Below are positions 1 to 10,590 of a stretch of DNA of 64,000 nucleotides, piece after piece. Location: sequence record OQ992562.1, one strand, 5' to 3'. The position numbers were made by a program, and so were the translations under genes. A model generated the notes under the pieces. The model was not told the origin of the DNA and did no database searches. It saw only the letters and a list, made by a program, of their open reading frames with translations. How positions within the stretch are numbered: position 1 is the first letter of the stretch; each line of letters opens with the position of its first letter.

Positions 1-2
1 AG

Positions 3-356
3 TTCCCAATGCATATTGCAGGTGGTGACGTTCAGCCACCGGACATTGAATACGGGTCTGACTCACAATTAGAGATTGTTGATTTTGCTTTTAGAATGGC
101 TATCTTGAAATTTTTACATCTAGATGACATGCCCCTTTTCTTAGATGAATTTAGCAGGACTTTTGATGAACAACATCGAGCCAATGCTATTCCATTCATT
201 AACAGGTTAATTGAAAATGGCATTGTTAATCAAGTGTTCTTCATCAGCCACTTTGAATCAACACACGGTGCATTTAACCAAGCTGAATTTATTGTACTTG
301 ATCCAGCTAATATTAGTACTCCAGAAGTATTTAATAAAAATCTAGTATTAAAATAA
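3..356 (+). CDS. sbcC: SbcC/Rad50-like ATPase, C-terminal fragment (gene begins upstream of window)
   Basis: Degenerate ABC signature GSDSQ, Walker B LFLDE, D-loop SRTFD and H-loop ISHF; frame open back to the window edge. Confidence 0.85.
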   Translation, partial: FPMHIAGGDVQPPDIEYGSDSQLEIVDFAFRMAILKFLHLDDMPLFLDEFSRTFDEQHRANAIPFINRLIENGIVNQVFFISHFESTHGAFNQAEFIVLDPANISTPEVFNKNLVLK

Positions 357-371
357 TTATAAGCAACATAA

Positions 372-392
372 GCCCTCCCGCAATGGGAGGGC
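372..392. terminator. Bidirectional hairpin between convergent genes
   Basis: GCCCTCCC-GCAAT-GGGAGGGC, between the sbcC stop and the stop of the 399-575 ORF. Confidence 0.75.
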
Positions 393-398
393 ATTATA

Positions 399-575
399 TT
401 AGTAACTATCTTTATAAGTGCTATTAAGTGAAACACTTTCAAAACTCTTTTTATTTTTATCAGCCTCAACAAAGTCTTTACCAACTGATTGTGGTACACC
501 AACTTTCTTAGCAAACTTCTTATCATTGGCTACAGCAGCCATGAAGTTATGTTGTTTTTTACTTTTACTAGGCAT
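399..575 (-). CDS. Small basic protein, 58 aa (not in ORF track)
   Basis: Manual translation MPSKSKKQHNFMAAVANDKKFAKKVGVPQSVGKDFVEADKNKKSFESVSLNSTYKDSY; GAGG upstream of ATG; ends at the bidirectional hairpin. Confidence 0.8.
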   Translation of the reverse strand: MPSKSKKQHNFMAAVANDKKFAKKVGVPQSVGKDFVEADKNKKSFESVSLNSTYKDSY

Positions 576-624
576 CGTATATTCCTCTAAGTTTTCACAA
601 CTACACTAAAAAATAATTAAGATA

Positions 625-632
625 TATATTAC
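625..632 (+). promoter_or_regulatory. phiKZ-type early promoter (TATATTAC)
   Basis: ACACTAAAAAATAATTAAGATATATATTAC upstream of ORF 667; matches the known phiKZ early motif. Confidence 0.75.
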
Positions 633-666
633 TACTATGCATACAATATCTTAAGAGGTTAATGAC

Positions 667-1062
667 ATGTTTAATCAACAATATAATCCAAATAGTTCAG
701 CTAAGGTAATGGAGACATTACATGCCTGTGCTAAACTTATTAAGGAAATGTTTTATTATAATGATCAATATGTTCAAGTAGAATCGGCTTATACAGATGA
801 TCCAATCCAAGCATCCATTGAAACAGTAAATGATGGGTATTACAGATTAGTTATTCAAGACACCACACCAGATAGTACGTGGCCAGTGTGGGCAGTTGTT
901 TTTATCAGACAACGTGGTGGAGATATTAAGTGTCTCCATATTATCAATCGTATTACTGGAGTATCTGCAAATATAGATACGCAATTCAACTGCGATTCTT
1001 TTTACTCTGTTATTGATTTACTATTAGATCATTATCGAGTATTAACTTCGATGGAATACTGA
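667..1062 (+). CDS. Hypothetical early protein, 131 aa
   Basis: GAGG RBS; flanked by early promoter and terminator. Confidence 0.8.
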   Translation: MFNQQYNPNSSAKVMETLHACAKLIKEMFYYNDQYVQVESAYTDDPIQASIETVNDGYYRLVIQDTTPDSTWPVWAVVFIRQRGGDIKCLHIINRITGVSANIDTQFNCDSFYSVIDLLLDHYRVLTSMEY

Positions 1063-1072
1063 TATACATATT

Positions 1073-1094
1073 ACCCTCTCCTTCGGGAGGGGGT
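1073..1094 (+). terminator. Intrinsic terminator, UUCG loop
   Basis: ACCCTCTCC-TTCG-GGAGGGGGT followed by TTATAT. Confidence 0.8.
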
Positions 1095-1140
1095 TTATAT
1101 CGCATTAATTTTTTTATTACACTAAAAAAAGTTTAAGATC

Positions 1141-1148
1141 TATATTAC
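1141..1148 (+). promoter_or_regulatory. phiKZ-type early promoter (TATATTAC)
   Basis: ACACTAAAAAAAGTTTAAGATCTATATTAC, very similar to the 603-632 element. Confidence 0.8.
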
Positions 1149-1204
1149 AGACATGTATCTATATTGGATACTTATTAAAACTTAATGATTAGGAAAAATA
1201 GAAA

Positions 1205-1411
1205 ATGAAAGTACTAAAGATCGCAGCTGCAATTATCTCAACTGGTGCCCTCGCTGTTGCCGCTATTAATCTATATAAGGCCGTTTCTAAATCAACCGTT
1301 ATTGATGACACCGTAGCTGATGATGATACGGTACTAGACAGTGAAGTAGATATTCTAACTGATGAGCTAGATAAAATCGATATTGATGATAGTGCTCAAC
1401 AAGTCGATTAA
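1205..1411 (+). CDS. Small membrane-anchored acidic protein, 68 aa
   Basis: Hydrophobic N-terminal helix, Asp-rich tail, AGGA RBS. Confidence 0.8.
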   Translation: MKVLKIAAAIISTGALAVAAINLYKAVSKSTVIDDTVADDDTVLDSEVDILTDELDKIDIDDSAQQVD

Positions 1412-1429
1412 ATAATAGGGTTATCGCTA

Positions 1430-1858
1430 ATGGCGGCATTCACTTTAGCAAACTTAATGGGTGAGCTAAAGAAGAGTTCCGTCATTGACTTATTCAACGA
1501 TGGAAAGGTCAAGGCAGAACTCTATCCAGCTCATATGACATATATGGGTAGTGTGGTTGACTTACATCGTGTAGGCGATACATTCAGCTTCTATGTTGCA
1601 GATGGACATGGAGGCGTCACACGCTATCCATGTAGTAATCAGATTCTTGAATCGATAACATTAGAACCAGATGTTTATTATAAGTTAACTGGTAAAAAAG
1701 TTATTGAGAAAAGAATTGAATTACCAGCTGTTACAGTACCAATTGAAGAACCCGCTAAGCGCATGCCGCTGGAAACAATCACATCAGTTGCTGTTATTGG
1801 CGGGTTTATTTTGTACGTTGGTACACGGTTTTATAAAGCATGTAAAAAATTAAAATAA
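1430..1858 (+). CDS. Hypothetical protein with C-terminal TM helix, 142 aa
   Basis: ITSVAVIGGFILYVG followed by a basic tail. Confidence 0.8.
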   Translation: MAAFTLANLMGELKKSSVIDLFNDGKVKAELYPAHMTYMGSVVDLHRVGDTFSFYVADGHGGVTRYPCSNQILESITLEPDVYYKLTGKKVIEKRIELPAVTVPIEEPAKRMPLETITSVAVIGGFILYVGTRFYKACKKLK

Positions 1859-1865
1859 TACGGTC

Positions 1866-2564
1866 ATGCAGTATACTTTAGGTACAATAACCCTAGAGGA
1901 AACTGCAATGGCCGTATTAGACCGTCAATTTAATATTCGTTTAAATGGTGCTGATTTAGATAAACAAAAGCGAATTATTAAAGAAATTTATACCAGGATT
2001 GCAAATGTGAATAACACAGTAATCAATGGTACTACTGTAAGACTGATTTTATTTGTTAAAGCTAATGGCCAAGTGGCTACTGGAAGCGATGCTATTAAAC
2101 TAATCAACGATGCAGAAACTAATCTACAGGCGTGGGTTCTTTCTAATCGCTTTATCTTTAAATGGATGTTTAGCCATGCTAGTGATTTTGGTGCAATCTC
2201 TTCCAATTTTGAAGAAGTTTCACCAGGTGTTTATGATTGGAGTAAACGCCGTAGCTTTAATAAAGAATTTGATGATGAGCTAGCTAAAGCAAAAGAACGA
2301 AAACTAATTCGTCAAAATAAACCTACTCTATTTAAAACTATTAAGAAAGTAGGTAAAGCTGCATATGAAACTATTTCAGATAACTCAACTGCAATCGTAA
2401 GTTTAACTGCTATTGGACTATTAGCTCTTAAAGTAACATCTGATCATAATCAAGTTATTAACCAAATGAATGTTATTAAGAAATCAATTGGTAATATTGA
2501 GCTACCACCTGTTGAAGTAATCGTAAATACAGTTGGTGATGTATTAGATATCGATTTGTATTAA
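1866..2564 (+). CDS. Hypothetical protein with hydrophobic segment, 232 aa
   Basis: Operon spacing; TAIVSLTAIGLLAL segment. Confidence 0.8.
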   Translation: MQYTLGTITLEETAMAVLDRQFNIRLNGADLDKQKRIIKEIYTRIANVNNTVINGTTVRLILFVKANGQVATGSDAIKLINDAETNLQAWVLSNRFIFKWMFSHASDFGAISSNFEEVSPGVYDWSKRRSFNKEFDDELAKAKERKLIRQNKPTLFKTIKKVGKAAYETISDNSTAIVSLTAIGLLALKVTSDHNQVINQMNVIKKSIGNIELPPVEVIVNTVGDVLDIDLY

Positions 2565-2573
2565 GTGCATAAC

Positions 2574-2594
2574 GCCCTCCCATTACGGGAGGGC
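2574..2594. terminator. Bidirectional hairpin between convergent genes
   Basis: GCCCTCCC-ATTAC-GGGAGGGC. Confidence 0.75.
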
Positions 2595-2609
2595 TATATG
2601 TCGTTAATA

Positions 2610-3125
2610 TCAATCGTTTTCTAATTCTTTTTCTCGTGCAGCATCCATCCGCTCCATAAATGCATTGGATTCCTCCATGATGATACCGATTTCAGTTTCA
2701 CCTTCTTCAATAGTGTAATTCTCAAATTCCTCATCAGGAATATCTGGAATCTCACGTGGTGTTGCAGGGACATCATTCGGATCACGTATTAATGGATTAC
2801 GGTTCATTTGCATCTTAACGAATTCAGCAAAGCCTTCAGCAAGTTCACGGTTAGAGCGTGCACCCTCAGAATCAACTTGAATACGACGGTTAGCAATTGT
2901 TGTCTTATCCATTGAATCTGTTAATTTAAGAATCATATCAACTGATTCTTTATCAGTAGGTACTTTACCAGTTGTATTTTCTAATACAGCTTTTAGTACT
3001 TTCTCTTTAACTGATTGTGTATACCGTATCTGCTGCTCATATTCTAGATCAGCATATACCTTTTCTTCTGTAGTTGATGATTTCTTTTCTAAAGGCTCAT
3101 CAGATAAATCTGCACCATGGAACAT
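2610..3125 (-). CDS. Hypothetical acidic protein, 171 aa
   Basis: GAGGA RBS; ends at the bidirectional hairpin. Confidence 0.8.
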   Translation of the reverse strand: MFHGADLSDEPLEKKSSTTEEKVYADLEYEQQIRYTQSVKEKVLKAVLENTTGKVPTDKESVDMILKLTDSMDKTTIANRRIQVDSEGARSNRELAEGFAEFVKMQMNRNPLIRDPNDVPATPREIPDIPDEEFENYTIEEGETEIGIIMEESNAFMERMDAAREKELEND

Positions 3126-3204
3126 TTTATTATCCTCTAATTAGTAATAGTAATACCTAACATACTTACCATATGCTAAGTATCTGAAAAATAGGTCCTA
3201 TATC

Positions 3205-3729
3205 ATGTTTAAGAAACTTATTCAATATTTCCGGGGCTTCCAAAAGGAAGTTGGTAAAGAACAACTTCTAACTGAATTAGAACGGATAGATAAAGATATT
3301 ATTTCAGGTGAAGAACGATTAAAAGCTATTAATAATTTCTGGCAATTAATTAATCTGGATGAATTAAAAACTCTGACCATCAGGAAGATGATAGGTGTTC
3401 CTGTCTATCTAAGACATTACAGTATTGGTTATTTATTAGATGCTCTAACTAGGTTAAATGATCATATTGCAAATGAAGATGATCTAAAGATTAGTGAAAT
3501 GTGTCGTACTGAGTTTATCGACAGGAAATCAATTGACCTTGATGAATATTTTATAAACAGTAATGATAGTTTTATTGATGTATGTAAATCTATTGAAACT
3601 ATGCGTGACTTAATTTGGCAACAAACTGAATATCTTGAACAGATTAACCATCAAGCATATCAGCGCCAGATGGATAGAATGTACTATGATATTATTGAAC
3701 TATCAAGAGCAATTATTAAGTTACTATGA
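3205..3729 (+). CDS. Hypothetical protein, 174 aa
   Basis: Long ORF with AGGT upstream. Confidence 0.8.
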   Translation: MFKKLIQYFRGFQKEVGKEQLLTELERIDKDIISGEERLKAINNFWQLINLDELKTLTIRKMIGVPVYLRHYSIGYLLDALTRLNDHIANEDDLKISEMCRTEFIDRKSIDLDEYFINSNDSFIDVCKSIETMRDLIWQQTEYLEQINHQAYQRQMDRMYYDIIELSRAIIKLL

Positions 3730-3799
3730 GGTGCAGACTATACAAGTATAAATTAATATAAAGTGTGTTTATTATCAATTCACCGTAGGTGTAAAAAAG

Positions 3800-4561
3800 A
3801 TGGAATCTGTAAAAGACTTATTAAGCGATCCTCAAAAAGGATTAAGGCAGGCAGAAGGGGTTTTGTGTTATGTTTTCCGGGAAGTACTACTGTGGCGTAA
3901 TATGACACAGTTTGCTTGGGATAAACGTTTGAATGCATACTTTCAAAAACCACATAACAAGAATAACCCAGATAAAGGTAATCTTAATAAAGCACTTAAA
4001 GCTGATACAATGAGTTGGGATGGCTTTAAGAAAGCTATTGATTTCTTATCACCTGTTAAAGCAACATTAGAGGTACGTCTGATTTGGGGTACATCAAAAC
4101 CTGATTCAGTTTATACGATCAATATCGATCCAACTGAAGATGAGGTAACTTGCTCTGCAAATGATTTCCCCTATGAAGAATGTGAAATTTTTAAGAATCA
4201 AAAACCAGCTACAACTACAATGGCCCATCTGTATAGGCATATTCTCTGGAAAGAAGGAATTAACCAGGAGAAGTGGGATAAGCTATGGGAAGAGTTTTTA
4301 AATAATCCAGTCAACCTTGTAGGATTGGATAAAAAGAAACTTACCTCATTGGCTAATACACAAAGGCGTGGTTTACTATCGCCCAATATGTCTTGGAATA
4401 CATTAAGACGTGGATTCCTACTACTACGGCCTAAAGAGGAGAGATACACTCTTTCTCTACAATGGACTGATGATCCTAATCTTCGAGATAAACTAGAGGA
4501 CAGTGTGCATATTGTTCCTGTACCTGATCCTCATTGGGTGGAGCCTAATTCAAATGAATAA
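3800..4561 (+). CDS. Hypothetical protein, 253 aa, with two similar halves
   Basis: LYRHILW/VFREVLLW and MSWNTLRRG/MSWDGFKKA recur in both halves. Confidence 0.8.
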   Translation: MESVKDLLSDPQKGLRQAEGVLCYVFREVLLWRNMTQFAWDKRLNAYFQKPHNKNNPDKGNLNKALKADTMSWDGFKKAIDFLSPVKATLEVRLIWGTSKPDSVYTINIDPTEDEVTCSANDFPYEECEIFKNQKPATTTMAHLYRHILWKEGINQEKWDKLWEEFLNNPVNLVGLDKKKLTSLANTQRRGLLSPNMSWNTLRRGFLLLRPKEERYTLSLQWTDDPNLRDKLEDSVHIVPVPDPHWVEPNSNE

Positions 4562-4994
4562 TCCAGAAACCCCATGGGTACAAAATAATTATCCTGTAGA
4601 TAGCATCATTGTAGATCAGAGCGGTAATACACCGCTCCCTGATCTATTTCAGTTTAATGGAAAAGAGAAGAAGACCACACTTGATAATGAGAATTTCTTT
4701 TCATTCAAAGGTCTTCGGATGTATCTCATCACTGGTAAAAAAGAAAAGGCTTTTCTTCAACCAGAGGTTAATTCCCATTATAAATTAGACTATGGTTTAA
4801 AGTATCAATACGTAGATGGACTTACCAATATCCTTCGTGATACCCTATTATTAAATCTTAATAGTCGACCATTCGTTTTATTTAAAGCAAAAAGTTTTGG
4901 TCCATTAGTTTTATCAGGAGCAAACCTAACCATTCAAGAAAAAGAATGGTTTGAAATTGTTTGTGATGTTATTAAATCAATCAAACAGAGATAA
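4554..4994 (+). CDS. Hypothetical protein (~146 aa)
   Basis: ATG at 4554 overlapping the upstream stop is more likely than the track start. Confidence 0.75.
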   Translation: MNNPETPWVQNNYPVDSIIVDQSGNTPLPDLFQFNGKEKKTTLDNENFFSFKGLRMYLITGKKEKAFLQPEVNSHYKLDYGLKYQYVDGLTNILRDTLLLNLNSRPFVLFKAKSFGPLVLSGANLTIQEKEWFEIVCDVIKSIKQR

Positions 4995-4998
4995 CTTA

Positions 4999-5925
4999 AT
5001 GCATACTGAACATAGCCTTAAAATCAGTAAAAAGATTAACTTCCTTGTGCAAGTAGAAGCACGTATTAATGAACTATATCAGCAAAGACAAAATATGTCA
5101 ATTGATCAATTCTCAAAAGAATTTTTCAATGAATCACCTGATGTAGTTAAACAAGCTATCACTGAGCTATATACAACATATCCATTCCAAGATGAAACTA
5201 ATCCAAAACGGCAAAACCTTCGTTTAGCTATATTTATCCACGATAATGATGTTAGTTGGATTAGTTCAATTCTAGGCGTAGATGAATTTAATAATGTTTT
5301 AAGGCACGCAGATATTTTTTATAATTATGTTAGTAGTTGCGAGACTGTTGTTCAGCGTAATTATTATGCGTCTTTACCAGATTACCGTGGCTACATGTAT
5401 GCTATCTATGAAGAGGCATTCAACCGCGTTGCCCCACTAGTCAATAAGTATTTAGATATTGATGCACATGACAGTGTTTCATTTTTAGAAACACCCCATG
5501 TTCTACCAAAAAAGAGTGTATCTATTAAAGATATTATTGATCCATTTGGTCCATATAAACCTAATTACTGTATTAGTGATATTTATAGTGCACAAGCTAC
5601 ACAAGTAACAGAAAATACATATATCGCAGTTAATACATTTATCCGTACTGAGGTATATGAAAGACTATGTGCTGAAGGCGATACTGTAGATAAGATTGTT
5701 ATTTCAGATAAACAAAGTATTATTAATGATGAGGATTATATTAAACTAGTCCAAGATAAGATTAATGCATTCCATAAAGAAATGGTAGATAATGATTTTA
5801 TACTTTATGCGCCGTTTAATATGTCCAGGTTAATTTATGTAATGAAGGCTAAATATCCGATTAAAGTTACTATTAGTTGTAAGGGATTCAAGCATATTGG
5901 AAAATTTATTGCTTATAAAAAATAG
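4999..5925 (+). CDS. Hypothetical protein (~308 aa)
   Basis: Long ORF; ATG at 4999 follows the upstream stop. Confidence 0.75.
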   Translation: MHTEHSLKISKKINFLVQVEARINELYQQRQNMSIDQFSKEFFNESPDVVKQAITELYTTYPFQDETNPKRQNLRLAIFIHDNDVSWISSILGVDEFNNVLRHADIFYNYVSSCETVVQRNYYASLPDYRGYMYAIYEEAFNRVAPLVNKYLDIDAHDSVSFLETPHVLPKKSVSIKDIIDPFGPYKPNYCISDIYSAQATQVTENTYIAVNTFIRTEVYERLCAEGDTVDKIVISDKQSIINDEDYIKLVQDKINAFHKEMVDNDFILYAPFNMSRLIYVMKAKYPIKVTISCKGFKHIGKFIAYKK

Positions 5926-5935
5926 TAGTTTTTAA

Positions 5936-7072
<1,137 letters not shown>

Positions 7073-7080
7073 CAGCATAA

Positions 7081-7101
7081 GCCCTCCCATTACGGGAGGG
7101 C
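7081..7101. terminator. Bidirectional hairpin between convergent genes
   Basis: GCCCTCCC-ATTAC-GGGAGGGC. Confidence 0.75.
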
Positions 7102-7121
7102 ATTATGTCTTTTTTTTATTT

Positions 7122-7934
7122 TTAACGCATGAAGCCAGGGCGCCTATGTTTAACTGGTGAAATATCCCAGCCAAGACTTTTCGCTAGATCTGTCACATTG
7201 GTGATATCAGAACATTCAAAACCCATGTTAATTTGACGTTCACGTTCACGCTGTACCTGATATAGAGTATCAGGCGTGATAACCATTAATTGATCTTCAT
7301 AGTTCTCTAATGCAGGGGAATTCCATTTATTAGCACCGTAAATACCACCTTCCCCAACCATATCCCAAGTTGAAATCTCACGGGTATATTTGATACCGCG
7401 CATAGGATCATCTTGAGTTATTGACCTTACCGAGCAATAAGTATTCTGAGAAGGATTGGTAATAGATGCTTCGAAGTACTTACCAAAAGGACCGTATGGT
7501 TTGCATTTGCCAAGTACTAGTTTAATAGGAAGACCTTTCTCATCTGTAGAATCAACCAGAATAAGTTCCTTAATATGCGCACACACACGATCATCATCGA
7601 TTTGACGAATTCGCATTAGGTACTCATGTTCATTCATCCGTGTGCCATCTTTACGATAGGGTTCAGGGTGTTTGTATTCCATGAATAGAACACCCTTTTT
7701 AACACGGCGCATTAAAGGTGAGTCTGGATTAAACATAGATACGCCGGATGCCATTTCATAGAACATACCAGCTGAATTTCGGGTACCATAAGCTCCTAGT
7801 GGAGTTAGATAGTAACCATCCGCATCAGGTACTAATACACCTTTTTTATTAGTACCGGCTAACATATCACTGCCGATAACTACTTGGTTATTAGTACGCT
7901 GTTGCAAACCAGAAAAATTAGAATATGGTTGCAT
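7122..7934 (-). CDS. Prohead (morphogenetic) serine protease, phiKZ gp175-like
   Basis: 270 aa; His89 (EYKHP), Ser168 (CSVRS) and ALE at 208-210, which leaves a 60-aa C-terminal piece as expected for autocleavage. Confidence 0.85.
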   Translation of the reverse strand: MQPYSNFSGLQQRTNNQVVIGSDMLAGTNKKGVLVPDADGYYLTPLGAYGTRNSAGMFYEMASGVSMFNPDSPLMRRVKKGVLFMEYKHPEPYRKDGTRMNEHEYLMRIRQIDDDRVCAHIKELILVDSTDEKGLPIKLVLGKCKPYGPFGKYFEASITNPSQNTYCSVRSITQDDPMRGIKYTREISTWDMVGEGGIYGANKWNSPALENYEDQLMVITPDTLYQVQRERERQINMGFECSDITNVTDLAKSLGWDISPVKHRRPGFMR

Positions 7935-7945
7935 AACGCAACTCC

Positions 7946-8674
7946 TTAGGTCCTGAGGAGTTCTTCAATAAGCTCTACTGACTCAGATGGGTTAACAAGT
8001 GCTGATGTGATACCTTGATCAAAATAAGCCCCATTGAGTTTTGATGTTGTGTCTGAAGTATTCCAGATAACTGAACGGAATGGTACGTCGACTGGTGGAT
8101 TATCCACGATATCACTGTGTCTAGTTAACACATGTCGATATAGTTGTGATATATCATCCGAGGCACGCTGAGTGGTTGAAATAATAAGTTGTAATGTAGG
8201 CCATCCACCAAGGTTAACACCAGCGTGTAAATTAGCTGTCTCAAATAATTTGGCTTTGTCATAATAGTTAATATACCAAGGGAAGTTTCCTTTGTTAATT
8301 AACTCATCATAGACATAGTAAGTTAATGTATCATTAACAACTAAGTAAGTATTCTGGAAAATCTTACTACCTTTATCAAAATGAAATTCTAGATAAACTT
8401 CACCATTGATGTGGACGCGTTCAGTAGAGATTGGATTTATCCGCATCATTGCAATGGTATTATTTACTGCGTAATATTCATCATTAAAAATAATAGGAAA
8501 TATACCAATAGTGAATACTTCACTACCAATAACAGCTAGATGTCTTCCTGTAAATCTTTCTGGAATCTGTATTTTACATGGGGCATTAGTTACTACTGAA
8601 TTATCTTCTAAATCAGTTAGATGACTGTGGACCCGTTCTGGATCCCGTCGAAGAGAACGTACGTCCATTATCAT
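7946..8674 (-). CDS. Conserved virion-associated protein (gp176-like)
   Basis: 242 aa; position in the protease-RNAP operon. Confidence 0.65.
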   Translation of the reverse strand: MIMDVRSLRRDPERVHSHLTDLEDNSVVTNAPCKIQIPERFTGRHLAVIGSEVFTIGIFPIIFNDEYYAVNNTIAMMRINPISTERVHINGEVYLEFHFDKGSKIFQNTYLVVNDTLTYYVYDELINKGNFPWYINYYDKAKLFETANLHAGVNLGGWPTLQLIISTTQRASDDISQLYRHVLTRHSDIVDNPPVDVPFRSVIWNTSDTTSKLNGAYFDQGITSALVNPSESVELIEELLRT

Positions 8675-8821
8675 GTCCTAATTGTTCATTTATGTAAAGA
8701 TTAAAATACTTAATCAAAATCATGCACCTTTAAATATTCGCTGTATTACTCCGGTATCCTTCCAAATACCGGAGTTTATCATCGATTGCATGTTTTAATG
8801 ATTATTAACCATTAAGATAAT

Positions 8822-10381
8822 TTAATTAGAAACTTCTTCTTCGATTTCAACATCATCTAAAGTTTCAGTGCTATCATCTTCTACAGTTTCAATAACTTCT
8901 TTTACTGGTAGTTTTGCATAAGGATCAACAACACCAGTGAACCGCTCAACTTTAATCTGTTGAGACAGCCATGCTGCCATTAGTGAAATTAGTGATTGTG
9001 TATTGAGTTCACGTAGAGTGGCCTCAGGATACATTTGACTAAATTCATCAACTGCTAGCAGATATTGCCAGTAAACATTTTCTGTAAAGAATGTTTTACA
9101 GATAAGTTTACCAAAGGTGATATAAGGATTCTTAAGATCTTCAGTCGTCATCGTACTCATTGCTTCTTTAATACGATATTCGAGTTCATTAACATGGCGA
9201 TCTTTAAGTTCAGTATTAATGACACCATCCATAAATGATTCATGAATGTCATTGCGTAGTTTACGTAAACCTTTATCCATAGCCGATTGTTTAATCAGCG
9301 GATATACTGATAGCCAACGTTGAATAAACTGTTCTGAGTTATTAAGAATCTGTTCTAGGTAAATGTTATTACTACCTGCTACAGCTGCACCAAGGATAGC
9401 TTGGATGTCACCACCGGCTAATTCAAATTGAGGTGCAACATCACCATTAATGATTACTTTGCAACGAGAATTAGCAACTACATTATTAGCTTCTGAGGCT
9501 AGGATGAGTAGACCTGCATCACGATCAGCTTGACGACGTTCATAAGCACGCTTGAGATAGAATCCAAACATCTCATGTAGTTTACGAATAGTTAGTGACC
9601 ATGTTTCTAGGTCAACATCACTCTCGCCAATAACTTCAACCGGGTTATCGATGTAGTGACCGCAAATCATGTAAGCCAGAGCTAGTGAATCAACAGTGAA
9701 TGGGAAGGACCTACCCACAACATATTCAAGTTCACCTGGAATGAGAAGACGACCATCATTGAAGATAGAATTCCACACACCTTCAATAACAGCGGCACTA
9801 TTAGGAATAGATAGTAGCCATTCTTCAACTTCAGTTTGATCTAGATGCGGATTACCCATTGACACTAACCGAATAATTTCATTAGCATCAATTGATTCTA
9901 GAATAAAGGTACGATACTCAGGTAGCGGCTGTAAATTATTGTATCGTGTACTAACGTGTGCAGTTAAGCGGGGATCACTATGAACTGCATTATAGTGGTA
10001 GAATGTAGCGCTTACATCTGGTTGACAACTAATGCTTTGACGCTCATTAAAAACACGTACCATATATTCAATTGCAGGGCAAATAACATTCTGCGTATTG
10101 AATTGGATCTTTTGTAATGATGAGCAGACATGTGCAATCAGAGCTTCTTGCTCTTCTTCTACACTAACAGGTTGCTCTTGGTTAGCTTCCTCGAAGAACT
10201 CTTCTACAGATGCTTCCAGCTCTTCAGAGAGGGCAACTTTATTAGAGTTGCCATCTACACTGAAACCATCTGCAAAGACCGCAAGGGGATATGTTTCATT
10301 AGGGATAACTAGAACAAGGTTATCCTCAGTTAGACTACGTGCTGAGCCAACAATCGCAGCTTGGGTTTCTTTACAGAACAT
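8822..10381 (-). CDS. Conserved virion-associated protein (gp177-like)
   Basis: 519 aa; acidic N-terminal segment with S/A-x-E motifs; synteny. Confidence 0.65.
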   Translation of the reverse strand: MFCKETQAAIVGSARSLTEDNLVLVIPNETYPLAVFADGFSVDGNSNKVALSEELEASVEEFFEEANQEQPVSVEEEQEALIAHVCSSLQKIQFNTQNVICPAIEYMVRVFNERQSISCQPDVSATFYHYNAVHSDPRLTAHVSTRYNNLQPLPEYRTFILESIDANEIIRLVSMGNPHLDQTEVEEWLLSIPNSAAVIEGVWNSIFNDGRLLIPGELEYVVGRSFPFTVDSLALAYMICGHYIDNPVEVIGESDVDLETWSLTIRKLHEMFGFYLKRAYERRQADRDAGLLILASEANNVVANSRCKVIINGDVAPQFELAGGDIQAILGAAVAGSNNIYLEQILNNSEQFIQRWLSVYPLIKQSAMDKGLRKLRNDIHESFMDGVINTELKDRHVNELEYRIKEAMSTMTTEDLKNPYITFGKLICKTFFTENVYWQYLLAVDEFSQMYPEATLRELNTQSLISLMAAWLSQQIKVERFTGVVDPYAKLPVKEVIETVEDDSTETLDDVEIEEEVSN

Positions 10382-10392
10382 TTTAACACTCC

Positions 10393-10590
10393 TTAGATAT
10401 TGAGGTTCTTCATTAAGCGAGCGTTTAAAGCTGCTGCAATATCAGCCTCAGTTAAAAACTCCCCATTCAGAGATGGGGAGCTGGTGGTGCCACCAAGCGA
10501 TTGTAGAATTGCTTGAGTACCTAGTTTAACAGCAGCATGAAGAACAGCAATGTTCTGACCATGTGCTACATTATTACTTAGCTTTTGCAT
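10393..10590 (-). CDS. Small protein, 65 aa
   Basis: GAGGA RBS; start overlaps the end of rpoB. Confidence 0.7.
   Translation of the reverse strand: MQKLSNNVAHGQNIAVLHAAVKLGTQAILQSLGGTTSSPSLNGEFLTEADIAAALNARLMKNLNI

Noticed and set aside
418-609. Plus-strand 63-aa ORF in the track
   Set aside because: Non-ATG start and no RBS; it is the antisense shadow of the better-supported 399-575 gene
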